From Candidatus Marinacidobacterales bacterium (GTDB lineage Bacteria > Acidobacteriota > Vicinamibacteria > Marinacidobacterales > SMYC01): a DNA stretch of 64,000 nt. Where the stretch lies: positions 32,001 through 96,000 of the forward strand of contig CBDCYI010000011.1 in assembly GCA_965224085.1 (NCBI GenBank), given 5' to 3'. The translations under genes were made by a program, and so were the position numbers. Positions 22,852 through 33,065 of the stretch are shown piece by piece. The notes beneath the pieces are model-generated. The model ran no database searches. It saw only the letters and a list, made by a program, of their open reading frames with translations, and was not told the origin of the DNA. Numbering within the stretch: position 1 is the stretch's first letter; every line of letters begins with the position of its first letter.

Positions 22852-24123
22852 GTGAAGCCGCGGCTTCGGGGAGATGACGCGTTGTCGCGAGAAAGCGATC
22901 TCATCTACGACTGGAATCGGGTCGATCCTTCCGCTTTGGAAAAGCCCCCCAAGGCAATCGAGTTCGACGACGAGACCCTCCGTGATGGATTGCAAAGCCC
23001 GTCGGTCCTTTCCCCACCCATCGAGTCGAAGGTCGAGATTCTTCACCTGATGGCTTCGCTCGGGATTCAGTCCGTCAATATCGGTCTGCCTGGTGCTGGG
23101 CCGCACGTACAGAAACAAGTGCTACGCCTCGCGAACGAGATCGTCGACCAAAAGCTCGCGCTCGTCCCCAATTGTGCGGCACGCACTCTCGAGGCCGACA
23201 TCCGTCCCATCGTCGAGATCTCGCAAAAGGTCGGGATCCCTATCGAAGCTGCGACGTTCATCGGCTCGAGTCCCATCCGTCAATATGCGGAGAACTGGGG
23301 GCTCGACAAGCTCGTGAAACATACTGAGTCCGCGGTGCGCTATACGGTCGAGAACGGTCTTCCGAATATGTACGTCACCGAAGATACGATTCGCGCGACG
23401 CCCGAAACGATTCGAAAACTCTACACTACCGCTATCGAATGTGGGGCGCGGCGGGTCGTGCTCACCGATACGGTCGGTCACGCCACTCCGCGAGGGGTGA
23501 AAGCGCTCGTGGCATTCATGCAGCAAGTCGTCGCGGATAGCGGTGAAGACGTCAAGATCGACTGGCATGGGCACCGCGATCGCGGGCTGTCCGTCCCGAA
23601 CAGTTTGGCGGCAATCGAGGCGGGTGTCGATCGCGTCCACGGTTGCGCGCTCGGCATCGGTGAGCGCTGCGGCAATACGCCGATGGACATCTTGCTGGTG
23701 AACTTGAAGCTCTTGGGTTGGATCGACAACGACTTGAGCCGCCTCGCTGAATATTGTCGCGTGGTCTCGTTGGCGGTGGGCGTTCCTATTGCTGCGAATT
23801 ATCCAGTCGTCGGGGAAGACGCCTTCCGGACGGGAACCGGCGTACACGCGGCCGCGGTGGTCAAGGCTCTCAACAAACAAGATTCTTGGCTCGCCGACCG
23901 TGTTTATTCCGGTGTCCCGGCGGGCGAGTTCGGTCTCGAACAAAGAATCGAAGTCGGTCCGATGAGCGGTCTGTCGAACGTGCACTATTGGCTAAGCTCG
24001 CGAGGACTGCCTGTCGAGGACGCCATCGTCCAGGCGATTTTCCACAAAGCCAAAGCGTCGAACCGCGTTCTCGAAGACGCGGAGATCGAACAGGTTGCGC
24101 GCGATTTCGGCGAGCGCGCCTGA
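22852..24123 (+). CDS. LeuA/homocitrate synthase-like DRE-TIM enzyme, short form without a regulatory domain
   Basis: DETLRDGLQ, DTVG, HGHRDRG, GIGERCGN, GVHAAA. Confidence 0.85.
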   Translation: MKPRLRGDDALSRESDLIYDWNRVDPSALEKPPKAIEFDDETLRDGLQSPSVLSPPIESKVEILHLMASLGIQSVNIGLPGAGPHVQKQVLRLANEIVDQKLALVPNCAARTLEADIRPIVEISQKVGIPIEAATFIGSSPIRQYAENWGLDKLVKHTESAVRYTVENGLPNMYVTEDTIRATPETIRKLYTTAIECGARRVVLTDTVGHATPRGVKALVAFMQQVVADSGEDVKIDWHGHRDRGLSVPNSLAAIEAGVDRVHGCALGIGERCGNTPMDILLVNLKLLGWIDNDLSRLAEYCRVVSLAVGVPIAANYPVVGEDAFRTGTGVHAAAVVKALNKQDSWLADRVYSGVPAGEFGLEQRIEVGPMSGLSNVHYWLSSRGLPVEDAIVQAIFHKAKASNRVLEDAEIEQVARDFGERA

Positions 24124-24906
24124 ATGACCATCCATCCTACTGCCATCGTCGACAACGAAGCCCGCCTTGCCGAGAACGTCACGATTGGTCCATACGTGGT
24201 CGTGGAGGGCGATGTCGAGGTCGGCGAAGGCACGGCGGTCGGCGCGCACGCGGTTTTGAAGACCGGACTACGTCTCGGAAAGCGGGTGACGGTAAACGAG
24301 GCGGCGGTGCGCGGCGGATTCCCGCAGGATCTCAAGTTCTCCGGCGCTCGGAGCTATGCGGTCGTGGAGGATGGTGCGACGATCCGCGAGTTCGTCACCA
24401 TCCATCGAAGCGGGCACGAAGACGGCGTCACCCGGGTCGGGCGCAACTGTTTCATCATGAGCTACGCGCACGTCGCTCATGATTGCGACATTGGAGACGA
24501 CGCCATCATCGCAAGCTATACGGCGTTGGGCGGGCACATCCGCATCGGACCCAGAGCCTTCGTCTCGGGCGGCGTGGTGATTCATCAGTTCACGCGCGTC
24601 GGCGAGCTCGCAATGGTTGGTGGTGGCTCCAAAGTGAATCTCGACGTGCCGCCATTCGTCATTGTCGACGGCGTTCCCGCTAGAGTTATTGGGCTCAATA
24701 CGGTCGGGCTTCGACGCGCGGGCGTCGCGGCAGAAGAAGTCAAAACTTTGAAGCTCGCCTACCGAGCTCTGTTTCGCGAGAAGCGGCCTTTGGAGCAAGC
24801 ACTTTCCCAATTGGATGGTTTGGATGGCGAGCTCTGCGCGAAAATGGCAGCGTTTTTCAGAGGGAGTGAGCGTGGAGTCTGTTGCGCTCGGGCCGCGAAA
24901 CGTTGA
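24124..24906 (+). CDS. lpxA: UDP-N-acetylglucosamine acyltransferase
   Basis: IHPTAIV, hexapeptide repeats, PQDLKF, IREFVTIHR, HVAHDC, HQF. Confidence 0.93.
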   Translation: MTIHPTAIVDNEARLAENVTIGPYVVVEGDVEVGEGTAVGAHAVLKTGLRLGKRVTVNEAAVRGGFPQDLKFSGARSYAVVEDGATIREFVTIHRSGHEDGVTRVGRNCFIMSYAHVAHDCDIGDDAIIASYTALGGHIRIGPRAFVSGGVVIHQFTRVGELAMVGGGSKVNLDVPPFVIVDGVPARVIGLNTVGLRRAGVAAEEVKTLKLAYRALFREKRPLEQALSQLDGLDGELCAKMAAFFRGSERGVCCARAAKR

Positions 24907-24943
24907 CGCTCAGCTCGAATCGTTCGGCCAAGAACCGAGCCCA

Positions 24944-25417
24944 CTATAACCAGCGGCGGACTTCGGACTTGTAGCTGAGATAGGTGTCGCCGAAGGCGCG
25001 CTCCAGATAGGCTTCTTCGCGAGCGATGACTTGTCGGTTCATTACGATGAGAAGCGGCACGAGCAGCAGAATCACCCACAAGCTGTTCGTCCAGAGTCCA
25101 ATCCCGAGATAGGACGTCATGAGCGACACATAGAGCGGGTTGCGCGTGAAGCGGTAGGGCCCGCTGGTCACAATCGTCGAGCTTGGCTGATCGGGTCGGA
25201 TCGTCGTCTCGTGGCGGCGCAGCTCGCGGAAGCCGGAGACCATGATCGCGATCGCGACAACGACAAAAGCGATCCCGAGCACTGTCGCGTAAGACGGCGG
25301 CACGACGGCGAGAGGCCGCACTCGGGAAAGTAGCAGTCCCGCGACGAGAAAGCTCAAATAAATGAACGGCGGTGGAAAGCGGATGCCAGCGTGATCTTCA
25401 CTCACCCCTTTACTCAT
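24944..25417 (-). CDS. Isoprenylcysteine carboxyl methyltransferase (ICMT/PEMT)-family membrane protein
   Basis: GPYRFTRNPLY, EEAYLERAFG..Y..Y...VRRWL. Confidence 0.9.
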   Translation of the reverse strand: MSKGVSEDHAGIRFPPPFIYLSFLVAGLLLSRVRPLAVVPPSYATVLGIAFVVVAIAIMVSGFRELRRHETTIRPDQPSSTIVTSGPYRFTRNPLYVSLMTSYLGIGLWTNSLWVILLLVPLLIVMNRQVIAREEAYLERAFGDTYLSYKSEVRRWL

Positions 25418-25543
25418 ACCGCAACGGAGTCGCCGGCGCAATCCGAGTCGCGTCGCGATCGGGTTCCGGTTTCTCGTCGCCATGGACGGGCGGGCGGGCG
25501 GCCGCTACACTCGATCCAGACCTTTTGGAAAACGGACGAATCG

Positions 25544-27112
25544 ATGCGTGTCGCTATCTTCCACGGCTTCGAGCTCACCGGCTCGGGCAGCAACGAGTAC
25601 ACACGCTATCTGTCGCGCGCGCTGGCCCGGCAAGGCCACGACGTCCACGTCCTGTGCCGCGAGCCCGATCCGGCGGCTATCCCGCACGTGGCGCGTGCCT
25701 TTGCTTGGGATGCGTCGGGAAAGAACCGACGGCTCTTCTCGCGTGACGCCGGAGACGAAGGCGTAACGCTCCACCAGCTTGCGAACGGGGCGGTGCGACC
25801 CGTCTACGTCACCGACAAACAACGCGCCGGCAACGTGAAAGCGTTCGAGTCGCTGACGGATGACGAGCTCTCCGCATATCACGCGGAGAGCGTGCGCCTC
25901 GTCGACCTTGTTTTGCGCGAGCACCCCGTCGAGCTCGTGCACGCGAACCATCTCGTATGGCAGCCATGCGTACTCGCCGAAACGTCGCATCCGTTCATCG
26001 TGTTTCCTCACGGGAGCGCTATCGAGTACACCATCCGGAGAGACGACCGCTATCGCGGCCACGCCGCGATAGCGCTCAGTGCTTCGAGGGGCATCATCAG
26101 TGGGAACCAGGAAGTGCTCGATCGCATTCTCGACCTCTATCCCGACGAGCGTGACGCGCTGCAGGCGAAGGGCACCATCGTGGGTGTGGGCGTCGATACG
26201 TCGCTATTTCGTCCCGTGATCCGCTCCGAGCGCAGGGAGACGGTGTCCCGGGTCCAGGGGGCTCTCGGGGGGAAGACGGTCGCGCAATCCCGCGAGCTCG
26301 TCGAACGGCTCGAACGGGGAGAGCTCGATGCGGTGACGCGGTACTGCGGAGCGTATGACCAGGCCGTCTCCGACGAGCAAGTGAAGGAGAAGATCGCGCG
26401 CATTCCCTGGGATGAAGGCCGGGTACTGCTTTTCGTCGGTGCGCTTACGGCTGGGAAGGGAATCCAAACGCTTTTGTGCGCACTACCGGCGATCCTGCGT
26501 GAGCATTCGGATACGCATCTCGTTATTGTTGGGAGCGGCGCCTATCGCGAAGTTCTCGAGGCATTGGTCCATGCGAACGCGGCCGGCCGGCAGGGACTGT
26601 TCGACTATCTCGTCGCCCATGGCTTCGACCTCGACCGCAGCGAGCTTACCGGTAGCTGGGAAGGGCTTTCGGGCGCGGTGCCCACTTATCCCGGCTTCGA
26701 AGAACACGTACACTTTCTCGGCCGACTCCCTCATGCGCTGTTGCAGTTCGTCGCGCCGTGTGCGGACCTTGCCATCTTTCCTTCCGTCCTGCCCGAAGCC
26801 TATCCTCTCGTTCTGATGGAGTCGCTCGCGGCCGGTGTCCTCCCGCTCGTTTCTGATTTCAGCGGGTTCGCCGACGGGCTGAATCAGCTCGAGGGATTTC
26901 TCGGAAGAGAGCTGACCGACCGGCTCCGCCTGCCTTTCGATCCGGACGATCGCGTCGAAGGCTTGGTCGATAGGGTTTGCGGCTTGTTGAGGGACTTCCC
27001 TGACGAAGAGACCCAAGGGCGATTGCGGACCGTGGCCGTCGAGCACTTCGACTGGGACATCCGGGCCCGCGAGATGGCGGCCGCTTATCTTCGCTTCGCT
27101 GCGCCAAGCTAG
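25544..27112 (+). CDS. GT4-family glycosyltransferase
   Basis: GSGSNEY..L, FVGAL..GKG, FPS..PEAYPLVLMESLA, FDW. Confidence 0.88.
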   Translation: MRVAIFHGFELTGSGSNEYTRYLSRALARQGHDVHVLCREPDPAAIPHVARAFAWDASGKNRRLFSRDAGDEGVTLHQLANGAVRPVYVTDKQRAGNVKAFESLTDDELSAYHAESVRLVDLVLREHPVELVHANHLVWQPCVLAETSHPFIVFPHGSAIEYTIRRDDRYRGHAAIALSASRGIISGNQEVLDRILDLYPDERDALQAKGTIVGVGVDTSLFRPVIRSERRETVSRVQGALGGKTVAQSRELVERLERGELDAVTRYCGAYDQAVSDEQVKEKIARIPWDEGRVLLFVGALTAGKGIQTLLCALPAILREHSDTHLVIVGSGAYREVLEALVHANAAGRQGLFDYLVAHGFDLDRSELTGSWEGLSGAVPTYPGFEEHVHFLGRLPHALLQFVAPCADLAIFPSVLPEAYPLVLMESLAAGVLPLVSDFSGFADGLNQLEGFLGRELTDRLRLPFDPDDRVEGLVDRVCGLLRDFPDEETQGRLRTVAVEHFDWDIRAREMAAAYLRFAAPS

Positions 27113-27121
27113 GGGGAGCTC

Positions 27122-29575
27122 TTACTCACGGCGCAACGCAGTTACCGGCGCAATCCGCGTCGCCCGTCGGGCTGGCATGTAGCTTGCTAGAAGCGCCACG
27201 ATTCCAAGAAAGACGGTCACCGCCGCGAGCGTTGCCGGATCGCCGGCGCTGACGCCGAAGAGAAGCCCCGTCATGACCCGTCCTGCCGCGAGCGCGCCCA
27301 CAATGCCGAGCGCGAGACCGACCGCGACCAAGCCGAGTCCTTGGCGCGTGACGAGGCCGAGGACGTCCGCCGCCCGTGCGCCGAGGGCCATACGAATGCC
27401 GATCTCGTTCGTTCGTTGGCTGACATTGTAGGAGAGCAAGCCGTAAATACCCATCGCGGCGAGCACCATTGCCGCAGCTCCGAACAGACCGAGCAGCAAC
27501 ATGTTGAAACGCGGCTGGGCGAGCGCTTCGCTCATCAGCCGCTCCATCGTGGTCACGTTAGAAAGAGGAAGATCCGCATCGAGCACCGAAATGTCTTCGC
27601 GTAGGCGCGCGCTCAAAGCAGCTGGGTCTCCCGTTGTGCGTGCGACGAGTGTCATTTGGCCGAGAGGGAATTGCCGCGACGGGACGTAGAAAGCTGGCTC
27701 GTCCGCCGTGTCTGGGCCCAGGAACTTCACGTTCCGCGCGATCCCGACAATCTCGAATTGATTCCGTATGGACTCGCCCCAAAGGGCTCGCGGCGTGCTC
27801 GTGTAGAGCGCGCGGCCGAGCGCGTCGTCGTCGGGAAAGTAACGCCTCGCGAAAGCTTCGTTCACAATGACCGCACCTGGATGACCAGGATCGTCGAGCT
27901 CGGTAAAGGCCCGGCCGGAAACGATGTCGATGCCCATCGTGCGGAAGTAAACCGCGCTAACGATGCGGAATGTTGCGGCCATGGACTCGTCGGTCTCGGT
28001 CCCCGTCACAACGCGGAAGGAGTCGATCCAGTTGGAGTCGAGAGGGTGATCGTAAGCGACCGCCACGTTCTGGACGTCGGGTGCGGTCCCAACCCGCTCG
28101 AGAAGCTCGGTGTAAAAACGCGAGATCTGCGCCGCGTCCGAGTAGGTCGAAGAGGGAAGCGAGAGCTCGGCGACGAGCACGTTCTCAGCGCGAAATCCCG
28201 AATCGACTCGGCGCAGCTGCTGAAAGCTCTGGATCAAGAGCCCGGCGCCGAGGACGAGGATCACCGCGATGGAGACTTCGACGACCACGAGAAGACGCCG
28301 GAACGCGAGACGTTCCGTCGAGCGGGCGCCTTGTTTCAAGCTCGCGTTGATGTCGGTTCGCGAAAGGTGAATCGCCGGTGCGAGACCGAAGACAACGCCC
28401 GTGACGAGAGACACCGCGAACGCGAAGCCGAGGGCCGTCAGATCGAGCCCTGATTGCGCCATGCGGGGCACGTGCTTCGGGCTCAAGCGGACGAGCCCTT
28501 TGATCGCGAACACGGCGAGACCGACACCTGCCGCGCCGCCCGCCATCGCCAACAGGAGGCTCTCGGCCAGGAATTGCCTGATGAGAGCTAGCCTTCCTGC
28601 TCCGAGCGCGGTGCGCACGGCAACCTCGCGCGTGCGACCGGACGCCCGCGCGAGCATAAGGCCGGCCATGTTCGCGCACGCGATCAGAAGCACGAGTCCG
28701 ACGGCACCAAGGAGCACGAGGAGCGCCGGTCGTGCGGAGCCGACGAGCTCATCCATGAAAGGCTGCACGAGAATCGCTTCGCCTGCGTTGCTATCCGGAT
28801 AGGTCGCTTCGAGCCGCCGGGCGATGGTGTCCATCTCCGCCCGCGCGCGCTCGAGGGTGACGCCGTTTTGGAGCCGCGCCAGCACGCCGAATAGATGGGA
28901 GCGGCGATCGGACAACCGTTGCTCGCTGAGCGCCATGGGGACGAAGATTTGCTGGTAGACGGGAAGAAACGGCATGCGACCGGACGCTTGAGGCCAGGTC
29001 GGGTACACCCCGGGCGGCAGCACGCCGACGACCTCGTAAGGCTGGCCGTCGAAGCTCAGCGTCTTCCCCAAGACGTCGCGTGCGCCTCCGAACCGGCGGA
29101 GCCAGAGTCCATGGCCGAGGATGACGACGCGGTTTCCACCGGGCGCGTCTTCCTCGGGAAGAAAGCTTCTCCCAAGGATGGGCTCGACGCCGAGCACGTC
29201 GAAATAGCTCGCGCTCACGCGGGCGCCGAGAAGCTGCTCCGGCTCGCCCTCGCCCGTCCATGTGAACCCGGCCGAGCCGAAAACAGCCATGTCCTCGAAC
29301 ACCTTGCTCTGCGCCTTCCAGTCGAAGTAATTTCCGGCGGTGGCGCGCGATTTGTTCATGCGGCCCGCGTCGTCGGGCACGTATTCCCATAGCGAGAGGA
29401 GCTGTTCCGGCTCCTCGAAATCGAGAGGTTTCAGCAATACGCCGTGCACGATGCTGAAAATCGCTGTATTGGCACCAATGCCTAGAGCGAGCGTGAGCAC
29501 CACGATGGCCGTAAAACCTCGCGTTTTGATGAGATTGCGAAAGCCGAAGCGCAGATCGCGAACGAAGGATTGCAT
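27122..29575 (-). CDS. ADOP-type duplicated MacB/FtsX orphan ABC permease
   Basis: DLRFGFR, LALGIGANTAIFS, LLIACAN, R..E..VR.ALGA twice, PARRA..ALRRE. Confidence 0.93.
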   Translation of the reverse strand: MQSFVRDLRFGFRNLIKTRGFTAIVVLTLALGIGANTAIFSIVHGVLLKPLDFEEPEQLLSLWEYVPDDAGRMNKSRATAGNYFDWKAQSKVFEDMAVFGSAGFTWTGEGEPEQLLGARVSASYFDVLGVEPILGRSFLPEEDAPGGNRVVILGHGLWLRRFGGARDVLGKTLSFDGQPYEVVGVLPPGVYPTWPQASGRMPFLPVYQQIFVPMALSEQRLSDRRSHLFGVLARLQNGVTLERARAEMDTIARRLEATYPDSNAGEAILVQPFMDELVGSARPALLVLLGAVGLVLLIACANMAGLMLARASGRTREVAVRTALGAGRLALIRQFLAESLLLAMAGGAAGVGLAVFAIKGLVRLSPKHVPRMAQSGLDLTALGFAFAVSLVTGVVFGLAPAIHLSRTDINASLKQGARSTERLAFRRLLVVVEVSIAVILVLGAGLLIQSFQQLRRVDSGFRAENVLVAELSLPSSTYSDAAQISRFYTELLERVGTAPDVQNVAVAYDHPLDSNWIDSFRVVTGTETDESMAATFRIVSAVYFRTMGIDIVSGRAFTELDDPGHPGAVIVNEAFARRYFPDDDALGRALYTSTPRALWGESIRNQFEIVGIARNVKFLGPDTADEPAFYVPSRQFPLGQMTLVARTTGDPAALSARLREDISVLDADLPLSNVTTMERLMSEALAQPRFNMLLLGLFGAAAMVLAAMGIYGLLSYNVSQRTNEIGIRMALGARAADVLGLVTRQGLGLVAVGLALGIVGALAAGRVMTGLLFGVSAGDPATLAAVTVFLGIVALLASYMPARRATRIAPVTALRRE

Positions 29576-29728
29576 GCTGCCCTCCCTGGTCTTATTTAGA
29601 CGAACAGAGCAGGCGGGGAGTTCGCTAGAACTTCAGGGAAAATCCGATGCTGAGATACGACGCCTGAGCCTCGCGATGTCCTCGACGACCTAGACGAGAT
29701 AATCGGCGTGCGTCAACAAGGACGTGGG

Positions 29729-30112
29729 CTACCCCTTGGCATTCCAGATATCGCGATGCCAGAGCCACTGGCCGTCGACTTTCTTCCACACCACGATGAA
29801 CTTGGCCACCGCCTGTGCGGCCTCGCCCCCGGCGGGTGCTAACTCGAGCGTGGCTTCGCCGATCTCGCAAGCCGCGTCGTCTGAGATGAGCTCGAGATCC
29901 AACGCCTCGAGCTTGACGGCTTTCAAGCCCATATCGTTGACGACCGAGCTCCAGAGACTCCGCAGAGCCTCGTGCCCTTTGACGACGGGACCGTCCGGAG
30001 GAAGAGCGACGCCGTCCTCTGTGTAGACGGCCGCCATCCCCTCGATTTCGCCCTTCGCGGTCGCTTCCTCGAACCGACGGCTGACCCTGGCAATTTCTTC
30101 ACTGCTCATCAC
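29729..30112 (-). CDS. NTF2/SnoaL-like (DUF4440/YybH) protein
   Basis: YTEDG..LPP, KFIVVWKK.DGQW...RDIWN; AGGAGG RBS. Confidence 0.85.
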   Translation of the reverse strand: MMSSEEIARVSRRFEEATAKGEIEGMAAVYTEDGVALPPDGPVVKGHEALRSLWSSVVNDMGLKAVKLEALDLELISDDAACEIGEATLELAPAGGEAAQAVAKFIVVWKKVDGQWLWHRDIWNAKG

Positions 30113-30200
30113 GCCCTCCTTTAGATAGAAATTCTGAAAGAGTTTACGAGACGTGTATGGGTTGCGCAAGCGAATGCGGGCTATCGGCTATCATGGGAGC

Positions 30201-31250
30201 ATGAAAATCGCAGTCTTGCTGTCCGGTGGTGTGGACAGCTCGGTGGCGCTCTGCCTCCTGAAGGAGGAGGGGCACGACCTCACCGCTTTCTACCTCAAGG
30301 TGTGGCTCGAGGACGAGCTCGCTTATCTCGGCGAGTGCCCGTGGGAGGAAGACCTCGAGCTCGCCCGCGCGGTCTGCGATCGCTTCGATGTACCGCTAGA
30401 AGTGCGCTCATTGCAACAAGAATATTGGGATCGTGTAGTGCAGTACACGATCGACGAGCTGCGCGCCGGCCGCACCCCGAGCCCCGATATCTTCTGCAAC
30501 CAGCGGATCAAATTTGGCGCATTCTTCGACGAGATCGACGCGAGCTTCGAGCGCGTGGCGACGGGGCACTATGCCCGGCTCGAGCCAGCGAATGGCGGTG
30601 TCCTTCTGAAGAAGGGCGTCGATCCGGTCAAGGACCAAACGTATTTCTTGTCGCACATGTTCCAGGAGCAGCTGAAGCGCGCATCGTTTCCGATTGGTGC
30701 GCTCCAAAAGTCCGACGTGCGACAGCGCGCCGCCGCGCTCCATTTGCCGAATCAGGCGCGTAGAGACAGCCAGGGCATCTGTTTTCTAGGGAAGATCAAA
30801 TATAGCGAGTTCGTGCGCCATCATCTCGGAGAGAGAGAAGGCGACATCCGCGAGCTCGGTAGCGGGAAAGTCCTCGGCACCCATCGAGGCTACTGGTTCC
30901 ACACTATCGGTCAGCGGCAGGGGCTCGGTCTTTCGCACGGCCCTTGGTTCGTGCAGAAAAAAGACCTCGAGCAGAACATCATCTATGTGGCGCACGCGGA
31001 CACGTTTCTGAGATCGGCGAAGGACCGCTACCGTGTCGAGAAGCTCCATTGGATCGCAGGCCCGCCATCGAAGCGCGAGCTGCAAGTGCGGGTCCGGCAC
31101 GGACGCACTCTCTTCGACGCGGACGTCGTGCTCACCGAGGACGGAGCGCGTGTGCATCTCGATAGAGGCGAGCGAGGCGTCGCCGCCGGGCAGTTCACCG
31201 TTTTTTACGACGGGGACGTCTGTCTCGGTGGCGCGACGATCGTGGGCTAG
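30201..31250 (+). CDS. mnmA: tRNA 2-thiouridine synthase
   Basis: SGGVDSS, PDIFCN, ATGHYA, KDQTYFL, DSQGICF, TIGQR.GL. Confidence 0.96.
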   Translation: MKIAVLLSGGVDSSVALCLLKEEGHDLTAFYLKVWLEDELAYLGECPWEEDLELARAVCDRFDVPLEVRSLQQEYWDRVVQYTIDELRAGRTPSPDIFCNQRIKFGAFFDEIDASFERVATGHYARLEPANGGVLLKKGVDPVKDQTYFLSHMFQEQLKRASFPIGALQKSDVRQRAAALHLPNQARRDSQGICFLGKIKYSEFVRHHLGEREGDIRELGSGKVLGTHRGYWFHTIGQRQGLGLSHGPWFVQKKDLEQNIIYVAHADTFLRSAKDRYRVEKLHWIAGPPSKRELQVRVRHGRTLFDADVVLTEDGARVHLDRGERGVAAGQFTVFYDGDVCLGGATIVG

Positions 31251-31448
31251 AAACTCGTATGGTGATGGTCGCGAATCTCGACGGCGACACCGATGCCGTA
31301 GCCTGACGTAGAACGATCCCAGAAAGTAGCCTGGCTCTCTTTCGAAAACCAGACCACATTGGGAGCAAGATCTCGAAGGCTCGAAAATCCGTTCATTGAC
31401 GGCGCCCTCGAGGCACCGGGGGAGCGGCGCGCGCGGATGGCGTACCAT
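31247..31448 (-). pseudogene. DUF983-like zinc-ribbon membrane protein fragment
   Basis: PRC..G..C..CGLVFEREPGYFLGS, then frameshift/truncation. Confidence 0.55.
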
Positions 31449-31493
31449 CGCGAGCGCGGCTTTGCCCTCCGGCTTCGCTCAGTCATCTGTGGA

Positions 31494-31724
31494 TCAGGAC
31501 GCGGCGCGGAGCTCTTGCTCGGCCTGAAGCCAGTCCGCATCCGGATTGCCCGAGTTGCAGCCGCTGGTGTAGATCTCGAAAGCACGGAGCCGGATGGCGT
31601 CTGTAGCAATCTCTGGCGTTTTTGCCTGCGTCATGGTCGTTGCGGCTTTGTTGGTCGCTCGCCGCGGCTTGCGTGGTGTCGTCTTCTTCTTGGTCGTGGG
31701 TTTCTTCGTTACTTTCTTAGCCAT
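31494..31724 (-). CDS. DUF2934-like small protein with Lys/Thr-rich N-terminus
   Basis: IRLRAFEIY...DWLQAEQEL; AAAGGAG RBS. Confidence 0.8.
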   Translation of the reverse strand: MAKKVTKKPTTKKKTTPRKPRRATNKAATTMTQAKTPEIATDAIRLRAFEIYTSGCNSGNPDADWLQAEQELRAAS

Positions 31725-31852
31725 GTTGGGTCTTGTTGCTCCTTTGTTACAAACACACAGAAAGCTGCAAAGTGTGCACATCCGGTTCGGTAGTCTTTTC
31801 GTGGAAGAGTTCCCAAGAAAGATTAGCAATAACCCACCAGACTGGCAAGAAA

Positions 31853-32577
31853 TTAGTCGCGTCGCCACACTCTTTCTAGCCATCGGCCCACTTCGCGTAG
31901 ATTTTCGGTGAATCCTGGGACGTCGTAATGCGTCACGTCGTCGACGATGGCGAGCTCGACATCCGCCGCGTTCCAGGCGCGCAGCTGCTCGACGGCCGTC
32001 GCCGTCGGCTCGAGGGGAACGACGCTATCGATGCGCGAATGGATGGCGTAGAGCGGCAGCTTGGCGAAGACGCGGAGCTTGTCCTCAGGGACGTTGCGCG
32101 GCGCTCCTGCCATCGGCACGGCGGCGGTGAAGCGGTCGGGATGTTTGCTCGCGATAGTCCACGTACCCATGCCGCCCATGCTGTAGCCGGTGAGCACGAT
32201 CCGTTCTGGGTCGACGCGGTAGCTCTTGGTGAGAACGTCGAGAAGGTCGAGAAGGTCGAGAACCGCCCGCTCGCTATCCGGGCTGGTCCACCCCTGGCCC
32301 GGACTGTCCGGGGCGGCGATGATGGCGCCGAGCTCGCGCAAGCCCGGTCGACGAGCTCGGTCAAGATCCCGCGGCCGAAATGCGCGCGATTCTCGCCGGC
32401 AAAGTGGAGTGCTACAACGAGCGGCCGAGGCTCGTCCGGGTCGAAGCCCTCGGGAATGGAGAGAGAGTAAAGGACCGGAGCGCTTGTCCCGGCCTGTCCG
32501 GGGGCTTTTTCTCGCTCCAGCGTGAGGTCGTAGATTCCGGGAGTCGTGGCGAGCTGCAGCGCCATCAAGAGGCACAT
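31853..32577 (-). pseudogene. Alpha/beta-hydrolase (peptidase/esterase), frameshifted near 32348
   Basis: PLVVALH in one frame; IIAAP, VDPERIVLTGYSMGG, HS..D.VVP and His in the other. Confidence 0.78.
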
Positions 32578-33065
32578 TACTGCAAGCCGCCGCGAACCGA
32601 CGTGATCCGATTCGTGTTGAATCCGAGCCAGTGCATCCGGCCGACATAGCGCGCGTGCTCGACCTTGATACAACGATCCATGATCACGGAAACACCGCCG
32701 TCCTCGGCGATGCGCCCGCCTTCCTCGTTGATGACGGTGAACTGGCACCAGAGATTCTTCGCTTTCGCGGCCACGGTTTCTTCCGCGATAGCCGGAAGAG
32801 CCGCCGGAGCGCGGAAGACGTTGACGACATCGATCGGGATGGGCACGTCCTTCAGGCTCGGATAGCTCGTCTCGCCGAGGATCTCCGACTCCCGCGGGTT
32901 CACCGGGATGACTTTGTATCCGTGGCGCTTGAGATAAAAGCCGACGAAGAAGCTTGCGCGCAGCATGTTGGCCGAGAGCCCGACGACGGCCACCGTCTTT
33001 GAATTGTGGAGAACGTGCTGAATCGTTTCGGTGTTCTGGTAACGCGTGATGTCGAAGCCACTCAT
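32577..33065 (-). CDS. CoA-binding protein (YccU-like)
   Basis: AVVGLS, GYKVIPVNP, DVVNVFR, DRCIKVEH. Confidence 0.9.
   Translation of the reverse strand: MSGFDITRYQNTETIQHVLHNSKTVAVVGLSANMLRASFFVGFYLKRHGYKVIPVNPRESEILGETSYPSLKDVPIPIDVVNVFRAPAALPAIAEETVAAKAKNLWCQFTVINEEGGRIAEDGGVSVIMDRCIKVEHARYVGRMHWLGFNTNRITSVRGGLQ

Noticed and set aside
32235-32262. 9-bp repeat GTCGAGAAG in about three copies
   Set aside because: In-frame repeat encoding an LDL helix; no sign of independent function.
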